64,000 bases of DNA. Origin: Bacteroidales bacterium UBA1223. GTDB taxonomy: Bacteria > Bacteroidota > Bacteroidia > Bacteroidales > P3. The notes beneath the pieces were generated by a model that had not been told where the DNA came from, did no database searches, and saw nothing but the letters and a program-made list of their open reading frames with translations. Position numbers and translations under genes: made by a program. Every line of letters begins with the position of its first letter. Within the stretch, counting starts at the first letter, position 1. Positions 56,809-64,000 of this stretch are shown piece after piece. The stretch is taken from NCBI GenBank assembly GCA_002309155.1, contig DBXB01000025.1, forward strand, positions 19,589 to 83,588, given 5' to 3'.

Positions 56809-58601
56809 AGTTTCGAAAGAGTTGTGATGTAATCAGAGATTAATACAGACGGTCCTTTGTGGTCTTTCGGGTTTTCTCCATAAACTTTTCCTTCCGCTTT
56901 TTTTAATCTATCAGAGATGAAAGTGTATTCTTCTTTCATTTCCGGCACCTGTCGGATATCACCAAAGGCGATAAGATATATCAAATTCTGTAGATGTTCC
57001 CAGAAATGATTTCTATATTCTTCTTTGTCGGGAAAGAGAGATTCGATCAACACATCGTTATCATCTTTAATTTTGTTGTAAAGAGTTCGGAGTCGTAGAA
57101 GGTCATCGAATTTCTTCACACAGCGAGTATGGATGGAGGAATCATTACAGAACAACTCTTCCAAAAACTCCACCAGACACATGGGTCTTGCTTCCCCCTC
57201 ATCAGTTATGGAAAGTGATTCGTAACGCATCCGCATCATGTCGTGCAGGTTGTACAGAAAGAGGTAAGGAGTGTTTGTGGGACAAGCGCCAATGCTGATT
57301 TGGTAATATTTATTGTTCAGTGAAATCTGCTCTTCATGTAGACGCTCGTATATGGCGGCCCAGTATGGTGAGGTGAACATAAAGTAGAGTTGATCGTTGG
57401 GGCCGAAAAGGTTGTTAGTCAGTTTTTTCTTGACGTCATTGTACAGAATGCGTTCGTCGCAAACAATTAGTAGTGGGTTACCATCGGTATCTGTATCTTT
57501 GGCAATATATTTGTAAATGTTGAATATATAGGGATACATTTTCTCCTGTTCCTCAAGGGTTTTATCGATGATGGGGGAGTGGTCGCTATTTTCGGAAGTA
57601 TTCAACTGTTCGAGTAATTTAGACAGTATGTCTATGATTTCTAATAAGTGATATCCGTATTCACGTTGTTTTGATTCGTTGAAGTCGAGTAGATAATCCA
57701 AAAGTATTATGCTGTACTGTTTTTTCTCATCATACAATTTACTGAATGCGTTTTTGATGTTATTGACGCTCTCTATTGTTATGTTGCCACTGACATCTAT
57801 GCGTTCAAGGTCTTTTCTTATTATCTCTTCTTTGTTGATGTTTGAACAATTTTTATTCAGATCTTGCATTTTCTTATCACCCGTGCAGTCATCCAATAGG
57901 AGCATATTCCAATCTTTGCCAAAATCGAAACCGACTCTTTTTATCTCTTCTTGTTCTAGCAATTCTTTGTCTTCCCGTTCCGAATGGAAAACGAATGGTG
58001 ACACCCCTTCGTTATGATTGCCTATCAGATAGGATTGTTCTACAAGGCGTCCTTGAAGCTCGGCGTATTCCACAGCTGTCATAAGATTATACAAACCGAC
58101 ACTGTCATTTCGAGTAATCTCACTAAGAGCATATTTGAACTGTTCTATTGTGAAATTCGATATGTTTCCATTATCATCAAATAGAATTGGAACATAGTAA
58201 TTCCAAATACTGCTTTCCATGACATGTCGGTAACGGCGTAGTTGGCACTTAAGATTAAAAGAATCTTTTATTTCATCATCTGTGACGTGCTCACCGATTC
58301 TGTCCATACAATCTAAGAAAGTGAGATGTATAATAGGTCGGGAGGGACCATAGTCAGGACCTGTAAATGCCTTGCGTTGACAGAAATCATAATATGAACC
58401 GTCAATAAGATAATCTACCCTATGATAAGCTAATAAAAAATCAATTGATGATGCGCTATTTATTCCAATATAAATGTTTGACTTGTTTATCTCGTCGATA
58501 AACATGTCTATTGTGAAAGAGTTTGTCTTATCAAGGGCGACTAAGTAATTGTTGGTGAACCATGCTGTAGTCTTAAAACAATCGCCTTGTCTATGTTTCA
58601 T
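56805..58601 (-). CDS. hypothetical protein with central receiver (REC)-like module
   Basis: 598 aa; 'WNMLLLDDCTG' (acidic pair) and 'YSIILLDYLLD' (Asp302, nt 57696-57698) fit REC beta1/beta3; flanking domains unrecognised. Confidence 0.6.
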   Translation of the reverse strand: MKHRQGDCFKTTAWFTNNYLVALDKTNSFTIDMFIDEINKSNIYIGINSASSIDFLLAYHRVDYLIDGSYYDFCQRKAFTGPDYGPSRPIIHLTFLDCMDRIGEHVTDDEIKDSFNLKCQLRRYRHVMESSIWNYYVPILFDDNGNISNFTIEQFKYALSEITRNDSVGLYNLMTAVEYAELQGRLVEQSYLIGNHNEGVSPFVFHSEREDKELLEQEEIKRVGFDFGKDWNMLLLDDCTGDKKMQDLNKNCSNINKEEIIRKDLERIDVSGNITIESVNNIKNAFSKLYDEKKQYSIILLDYLLDFNESKQREYGYHLLEIIDILSKLLEQLNTSENSDHSPIIDKTLEEQEKMYPYIFNIYKYIAKDTDTDGNPLLIVCDERILYNDVKKKLTNNLFGPNDQLYFMFTSPYWAAIYERLHEEQISLNNKYYQISIGACPTNTPYLFLYNLHDMMRMRYESLSITDEGEARPMCLVEFLEELFCNDSSIHTRCVKKFDDLLRLRTLYNKIKDDNDVLIESLFPDKEEYRNHFWEHLQNLIYLIAFGDIRQVPEMKEEYTFISDRLKKAEGKVYGENPKDHKGPSVLISDYITTLSKL

Positions 58602-58621
58602 GTTTTTTCAAATTTGAATGG

Positions 58622-59320
58622 TTATTTAATGCTGAGAGATTGTTTGATGGCTAAAAACTTTTCGTATAAATTGGTGTGGTTGTTATCATCTTCGACTGAT
58701 TTGATTTTTGCCAGAATGGGGTGAAATGATTTGCTAAGTAGTGAATCATAGATTCTGTATCTTCCCCTTACATGCTGGAAAATATAGATATTATTGAAGA
58801 GTGGTAGTTGATTTTGCCATCCAACTTCTTTGGTTTCATTGTTGTACCGCACAACGACATCATTGTTGTAACCAAGTTCTTTGTCGTGTAGGTATAGGGT
58901 GAATTCTCCAGCAGAAGTGCTTATTCCACAAGTGTTTAGAATTTGGTTTATGCTATTTCCAAGCTTATTAAAATCAATGCTAGTTCCATTCAAAAAATTA
59001 ACAGGCACTTTTATTTTATCTAGACATAATGCGATGAGTTGGTAATCGTTGTCTTTATAAAGGTGTATTTTACAATCTGTCAATTGTCCGAGTATCTTTT
59101 TGTCTTTTTTAATGGTTTTGGAAATATTGAGTGTGTCTACCCAATTTATATTATAATCATTATTAATTCTGTCCTGGATTTCGCAGGAACAAGAATCGAA
59201 TAATATCTTGACTTGATCGGTCTCTAAGAGTCCATATAAAACATCCGAAGAATCCTTCTCTTCCCAAGATTCATAACTGTTCAATGTCTCTGTTCTTGTG
59301 ATGGCTATTATGGTATTCAT
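58622..59320 (-). CDS. hypothetical protein (232 aa)
   Basis: ORF in operon context (20- and 30-nt gaps); same AT-rich composition as neighbours; no motif recognised. Confidence 0.6.
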   Translation of the reverse strand: MNTIIAITRTETLNSYESWEEKDSSDVLYGLLETDQVKILFDSCSCEIQDRINNDYNINWVDTLNISKTIKKDKKILGQLTDCKIHLYKDNDYQLIALCLDKIKVPVNFLNGTSIDFNKLGNSINQILNTCGISTSAGEFTLYLHDKELGYNNDVVVRYNNETKEVGWQNQLPLFNNIYIFQHVRGRYRIYDSLLSKSFHPILAKIKSVEDDNNHTNLYEKFLAIKQSLSIK

Positions 59321-59350
59321 TGTTCAAAGGTTATGATGGTTTGATGTTAA

Positions 59351-62300
59351 TTATTGACGTTTTTCGCTGTATACGGTGTAGAGTAATTCTGATAGTGTGT
59401 ATTTGCAGTCTCGGACGGCGTAGTCGAGTGCCGAGAGTGGTATGAACGGTATTTGTTGGGGCATTACCTTGGAGGATGGAATGGAGCGACCCGAGTGGAT
59501 GACAACATTACCTAGATTTTCACGTCCAAAGAATGAACGAAATTCATCGGTTATTGCTGTTTTTTCTTCATCCGTTGTAATACTATAAGCCCCATAAATT
59601 TTGTCTAGTATTCCCTGATGTATGCAAATGAAATCGAATTTCTCTTTAAAACCTGCAACGGTATCATTAATTTTAAACTTGCCATTGTTCTTCACTATTT
59701 TTGCAATGGTGTTTTCTTCCGTGGGGTGGAGTATCTTTTCAGCCGACTCATTGTTCTTCACTATTTTTGCAATGGTGTTTACTTCATGTTTCTCTAACCG
59801 TCCCAATGTGTCTGTGACCGGTCTGTCGTATCCCAATATGTCAATATGGTTTATTTCATTATTCCGGTCCTTTACAATGTCTATGTCAAAGAAGCAGATT
59901 CCTTTGTCTTGATACTGTTCTATGACGCTATAATCCTGCTTTTTTGTTATCGCTTCTGTGCCGTAGATTAAATGATATATTTGATTGATTTTTTCTTCTT
60001 CTGTATTGTCTTTCTGGACGATATCAGAAACTTTATCAGATATTAAAAGGCTTTTCTCAATGTTTTTAATAATCAGACAAATGTATTTGTTATAAAAATC
60101 AGTATTCCATTCTTGATAGTCTTTATTGTATTTTTCAACCCATGTTTTTATTTCATTTCTTTTATGAGAATCTTGTTCCTGTTGTGACTCATTATGTTTC
60201 CCATACATGGTGCTGAAGATACGTTCGTCGACAATGGCAACCTTTGTCAGAGATGCTGCTATATGTTTATATAACCAGATGTCGCTATAAGGTGTATGGC
60301 GTAGAAGTCGGTCTGTCGAGTTTGAACCTGTTATGCTCTCCACAAACAGGGCTTTCTCAAGATATTTACTGTAGTTGTTTTCGTTGTTTCGTCCGGCATA
60401 ATGGGTTGAGAAAACGCAGGTGCCATCGTAACAATCAGCAGGAGCGTTTGCATTGTCTCGAATTATTATAGTATTGTCGCCTCTTTCGCCATAAAATTCT
60501 TTCGCTTGGTTATCAAGAATAGTCAAGCAAGGTATGGTTGGGAATCGACTTCTCAACCATTCCTTATAATAGGACGATGCTGTTGCTCCGTCAATCTTCG
60601 ATGTCAATGGATTGTTCTCTAACGATTTTACAGTATATAACCTGCATGGAACATATTTGCTGATATTATTGACAATAGATGAATTGTCTGTTACAATTAA
60701 ATCATAACGAGACAATCTGTTGTCAATTACTATTTTCTTCAGAGACGTTTCGTCGGTGTTATTGACAATTATATAAATATAACCCTCATTGTTTCCCTCG
60801 CCTTTGTGAGATTTTGAATCTGATGCATCTTTATTATAGTGGATGAAGGCAATTTTTTTTGGTTTTGGCAAGGCTATGATATATTCAATTGCTTCTTGAT
60901 TGCTAAAATCAGATTCATTCGTAGTCTCTCCAGGGAGAGGAGTCAATTCTGTGGCTCGAACTTTGACTGCAGGAGGTAATGTGCTTGGTATATCGGTGTC
61001 CAATTTGTACTTTCTCAACCATGCTGCTGACAGTCGTATCTCTTTAAGTCCTTTGTAGTTCTCGTTTGGAGTTCCATCATCATTTATGTATCTTTCTCCT
61101 AATTTTTTGGATAGATTGTTCGCTTCTCCTTTTTGATTCGGCATATTGCAGATTATGGAGAGATAATATAGGTCTTTGGCATTGTTCTTATATACCTCTT
61201 CCTTTATCAATCTGTCGTTATCACCAAGGAGGTTCAATTTTAGAGACAGTATGCGTTGACCGTATCTTGAGCGAGGATAGCAATGCTTTGCGGCATTGCG
61301 TATAATGTTTTCAAAAATTGAGAATAATGCCTGTCGTCCCATAATTCCTCCAGGAATGTCAATATTTATTTTCCGTAGATGGTCTAGTCCGTTGCCTCTC
61401 ACTCCGTCAAAATCGTCAAATTGGATGATAATCTGATCGCTTGATGTATATCCTTCAGAAAAAGCAATATAGTCAAGCAATAGGTTCTGTGGTTTTGATA
61501 GAGTATCAGCATTTTTGTGACGATTATAATGTAGGTCAGGCTTTAGCTCATCATATACAGCGTCTTTGATGTTTATTGTAGTTGGTGCTGGAATATAATC
61601 GGTTGCCATTGTGGCAATGTAGTCTTGTCTCTCTTGCAGGTAACCAAGGAAGCGACTTAACCCGACTAGAAATGGTAGTTGCGGTTGTTTTATTCCATTA
61701 TACTTGTCATACTTTTGAAATATGGTATCCGAACTATAGTCCCCTAATACAAGTCCGCCTTCAACAATCTGCTTTGGAGAAGAGAGTTGCTGTCGAATAA
61801 AGTACATCACGTGGCTACCCAAATTGTGGCTCATATTGCGAGACATAATAGATGCTTTAACGGATTTTTCAGTCTCGCGTTCGATTTTTTCTCTGTTTAG
61901 GGCCTCGTTAAAGTCATCATCAATTTTTCTAAGAGATAAGATGATGTCACGAATTTGGATAAGATTATTTTTCTCGTGGTGCTTTCTGTTAACTTCTTTA
62001 ATGAAATATTTATAGACTTTTTCGGCCGATTCGTCAGCTTCTATCATAAGTGTTCCCCATGATTCGTACTTCAGAGTACCTATGTTAAAGCAAGAAAACG
62101 ATTTTGGAATGGTAGGATCTTTTTGTTCCGGGGCAGTATCACGTATATACTTTGGGAATTCATCCTTACTAGTGTCTGTGTAGTCTTTGCTTAAGATGCA
62201 TTTAATAAACTGGTTGTAATATATTTCCCCTTGGCTCATCACTTTTTTGTCATCTATGTATTGACGAGATCCATAATATGTTAATACGTTATTCTCCGAG

Positions 62301-62848
62301 TCCAGTTCATATTGAATGTCGGTCTTAGCGTTTATTTCGTTAAAACTACGATGAATGGTGTATATTTCATGTTCTTCAATCTTCCCATCCTTCACTATTT
62401 GTGCACAGAACTGACTGTATTTTCCATATAGATAGTATGCCCAACTATCACAATCCGTGACTTTGGTATAATAACCTTTATCTGTTGTCAAAGAATAGAT
62501 ATCACGACTGTTAGGATTATTTTTTGTCTCCATCTTTAGGATTACTTTCCATCTCTTTTTTTTGATGATTCTGTAAATCGTCCTTGATGCGAGTTTAAAT
62601 AACTTATCGTATATACCATCTTTATTGTTGATAAACTCTGTTAGTCCTATTTTGGGTTTTATTGTTGTGGCGCTTTTCTCGTATATCTCACTGGCTGTTG
62701 TGCTTGAGCAGTCCATGAAAAAAAAGTGTAAAAAAATGTCATATCTTCTTTTTGAAGAAGAGGTGAGTTTACTCCGACGTTCTAGAAAATTCTCAAACCA
62801 TGCAAGAGGGTCGCTATATCTAAGTCTTTTTCTGTTCAATGAGTCCAT
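59351..62848 (-). CDS. large cytoplasmic histidine-kinase-like (HisKA-like + GHKL ATPase-like) protein with C-terminal receiver-like modules
   Basis: 1165 aa, no TM; 'SIMSRNMSHNLGSHVMYF' (His341 at 61826-61828), N-box 'ALFSIFENIIRNAAKH', 'NYKGLKEIRLSAAWL'; later 'YDLIVTDNS', 'KVAIVDERIF', 'FDFICIHQGIL', 'VVIHSGRS'. Confidence 0.6.
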   Translation of the reverse strand: MDSLNRKRLRYSDPLAWFENFLERRSKLTSSSKRRYDIFLHFFFMDCSSTTASEIYEKSATTIKPKIGLTEFINNKDGIYDKLFKLASRTIYRIIKKKRWKVILKMETKNNPNSRDIYSLTTDKGYYTKVTDCDSWAYYLYGKYSQFCAQIVKDGKIEEHEIYTIHRSFNEINAKTDIQYELDSENNVLTYYGSRQYIDDKKVMSQGEIYYNQFIKCILSKDYTDTSKDEFPKYIRDTAPEQKDPTIPKSFSCFNIGTLKYESWGTLMIEADESAEKVYKYFIKEVNRKHHEKNNLIQIRDIILSLRKIDDDFNEALNREKIERETEKSVKASIMSRNMSHNLGSHVMYFIRQQLSSPKQIVEGGLVLGDYSSDTIFQKYDKYNGIKQPQLPFLVGLSRFLGYLQERQDYIATMATDYIPAPTTINIKDAVYDELKPDLHYNRHKNADTLSKPQNLLLDYIAFSEGYTSSDQIIIQFDDFDGVRGNGLDHLRKINIDIPGGIMGRQALFSIFENIIRNAAKHCYPRSRYGQRILSLKLNLLGDNDRLIKEEVYKNNAKDLYYLSIICNMPNQKGEANNLSKKLGERYINDDGTPNENYKGLKEIRLSAAWLRKYKLDTDIPSTLPPAVKVRATELTPLPGETTNESDFSNQEAIEYIIALPKPKKIAFIHYNKDASDSKSHKGEGNNEGYIYIIVNNTDETSLKKIVIDNRLSRYDLIVTDNSSIVNNISKYVPCRLYTVKSLENNPLTSKIDGATASSYYKEWLRSRFPTIPCLTILDNQAKEFYGERGDNTIIIRDNANAPADCYDGTCVFSTHYAGRNNENNYSKYLEKALFVESITGSNSTDRLLRHTPYSDIWLYKHIAASLTKVAIVDERIFSTMYGKHNESQQEQDSHKRNEIKTWVEKYNKDYQEWNTDFYNKYICLIIKNIEKSLLISDKVSDIVQKDNTEEEKINQIYHLIYGTEAITKKQDYSVIEQYQDKGICFFDIDIVKDRNNEINHIDILGYDRPVTDTLGRLEKHEVNTIAKIVKNNESAEKILHPTEENTIAKIVKNNGKFKINDTVAGFKEKFDFICIHQGILDKIYGAYSITTDEEKTAITDEFRSFFGRENLGNVVIHSGRSIPSSKVMPQQIPFIPLSALDYAVRDCKYTLSELLYTVYSEKRQ
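59684..59780. repeat. 31-bp repeat with 66-bp period inside the 1165-aa gene
   Basis: attgttcttcactatttttgcaatggtgttt at 59684-59714 and 59750-59780, encoding NTIAKIVKNN twice. Confidence 0.9.
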
Positions 62849-62868
62849 GTATGATGTGTAATTTTGTG

Positions 62869-63516
62869 TTATTTACAAATAATTATATGGTAATCAAATT
62901 GCTTCGATTTGCCAGGCATGGTGAAATCGCCCTCTTTGATTATTTTTTTCAGACCTGCTGATCGCAAGCTCTCTTTTACATATTCTGGGTTATACATTAT
63001 GACGTTGTGCTGTTTTGAGAAGTAGCTTTCGCGTTCGGTGCAGGTAACCCCAGGAATGTCGGTCTTTAGGAATGTCAAGAAAAGAAGTCCTGTGTCAGGA
63101 ACCAAGATATTGTGGAGTTTCTCGATGAATAGGGGTTCGTCATTGGGGAGGATGTGGTGCAGGAGGAGCTTACAGAAAACGACATCGAATTTTGATTCGT
63201 CAGACATATCGAATAGGTCGATGGCCTTGAAGCATGCTTTGGCTTTTCTTCCTCGACGTGATGCTCTTTTGATGACCTCTTCCGACACGTCTATTCCTGT
63301 CACTTGGCTGAACCCGGCCTGCATCAAGTGAAGGCATAGACGCCCGCTTCCGCATCCAACGTCGATGATTCTTGACGACTTGTCCAATGTATCAAGGAAT
63401 TCGTTTAACATTGGGTCAAACCCACCTCTCATCCACGGAAGGTTGTACAATCCGTTGTAGTGGCGGGAATAGATCTGATCCCAGTCGCCTTTATATGAGT
63501 AACTGTCATTCTTCAA
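62869..63516 (-). CDS. class I SAM-dependent methyltransferase
   Basis: motif I 'IIDVGCGSGRL', 'GIDVSEE', 'FDVVFCKLLLHHI'. Confidence 0.85.
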   Translation of the reverse strand: MKNDSYSYKGDWDQIYSRHYNGLYNLPWMRGGFDPMLNEFLDTLDKSSRIIDVGCGSGRLCLHLMQAGFSQVTGIDVSEEVIKRASRRGRKAKACFKAIDLFDMSDESKFDVVFCKLLLHHILPNDEPLFIEKLHNILVPDTGLLFLTFLKTDIPGVTCTERESYFSKQHNVIMYNPEYVKESLRSAGLKKIIKEGDFTMPGKSKQFDYHIIICK

Positions 63517-64000
63517 TGGAGACGGGTATTGATTGATTGTTGCTGCGTTTGTAAATGGCTATAGGGCTGTGGACGAATTTTGTGTCTGTCATGGTGATTC
63601 TTCCACGAATACTGTTGTAGTCGATGGCTTTCAAGAGATCATCGACAGATGTGCTGTTTTTCTTCGCTTCAGTGATGACAGTTGCAAGATATTGGCAGAT
63701 GGTGTATCCGAAAACAGCGGGGTAGTTTGGGTCGCGCTGGTTGCGTTTGTAAAATTCGTCGTAGAACATGCGAGACTCATCGTTGTAGTCTTTGTGGAAA
63801 TATGAACTTGCGAAGATGATATTGTCCTGGTCCTTTTCGTTGATGCCTTCCCACACCTCGGGTGCGTCAAAGGAGCCAACGCCTAAAATGAGTATTTCTT
63901 TGTTCCTCTCTCTGATCTGGTTTACGGCGTTGATAAGGTCGCGGTTGCGGGCGATGACGAAAACAAACTGTACATCCTTTGTCAGCCTTTTGGCAAGGAA
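63506..64000 (-). CDS. periplasmic-binding-protein type-1-like protein, 5'-truncated by the window edge
   Basis: reading frame stays open from 63856 to 64000 ('...FVFVIARNRDLINAVNQIRERNKEILILGVGSFDAPEVWEG...'); the GTG at 63856 in the ORF track is internal; alpha/beta pattern resembles LivK/ANF-receptor-type binding proteins. Confidence 0.5.
   Translation of the reverse strand, partial: FLAKRLTKDVQFVFVIARNRDLINAVNQIRERNKEILILGVGSFDAPEVWEGINEKDQDNIIFASSYFHKDYNDESRMFYDEFYKRNQRDPNYPAVFGYTICQYLATVITEAKKNSTSVDDLLKAIDYNSIRGRITMTDTKFVHSPIAIYKRSNNQSIPVSIEE

Noticed and set aside
57431-57438. Third TGACGTCA palindrome
   Set aside because: It lies inside the 598-aa coding sequence, without the flanking C...G extension, the 25-nt spacing or a TAnnTTTG box. 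It is probably a chance occurrence.

Overview
This 64-kb chromosomal segment reads as Bacteroidota/Bacteroidales. Supporting signs are TAnnTTTG -7 promoter boxes, A/C-rich leaders without Shine-Dalgarno sites, a T9SS C-terminal sorting domain and an S46 dipeptidyl-peptidase. (i) 59-17122, minus strand: an EamA transporter and a dcw cell-division/cell-wall cluster, mraZ-rsmH-ftsL-ftsI-murE-mraY-[murD remnant]-ftsW-murG-murC-ftsQ-ftsA-ftsZ. Its intergenic spacers carry TTTAAA-palindrome arrays and a shared ~65-nt element, and the murD slot holds only a 181-aa degenerate C-terminal domain. (ii) 17.5-24.1 kb: S46 peptidase, TrmH-family methyltransferase, tRNA-Cys(GCA) and two secreted proteins. 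(iii) 24.2-28.3 kb: an AT-rich accessory block with a single-chain nuclease-methylase-TRD (Type IIG-like) R-M enzyme, a tiny lipoprotein and HigBA. (iv) 28.6-37.1 kb: a TPR sensor kinase, a LuxR-type response regulator co-transcribed with a 2-TM protein, and a 1376-aa NACHT/STAND NTPase with a possible N-terminal HEPN motif. (v) 37.1-49.6 kb: housekeeping genes (GDPD, nadB, PatB/MalY-like lyase, atpEFHAG without atpB, MFS sugar transporter, yhhQ-queF, DUF456). (vi) 49.9-64.0 kb: 13 co-directional minus-strand genes, the most interesting part. They comprise a vWA + PPP-phosphatase + Ser/Thr-kinase-FHA triad (a TerY-P-like variant) with three tiny downstream genes. Next is a LIM/DA1-like zinc peptidase bracketed by duplicated TGACGTCA-operator/promoter modules. 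Last is an AT-rich four-gene operon that matches no system I can name: a 1165-aa histidine-kinase-like protein, a 232-aa protein, a 598-aa receiver-like protein and a translationally coupled 595-aa 6-TM protein. I saw no rRNA, CRISPR array, transposase or integrase. All calls come from reading the translations and DNA by eye; no database search was possible.
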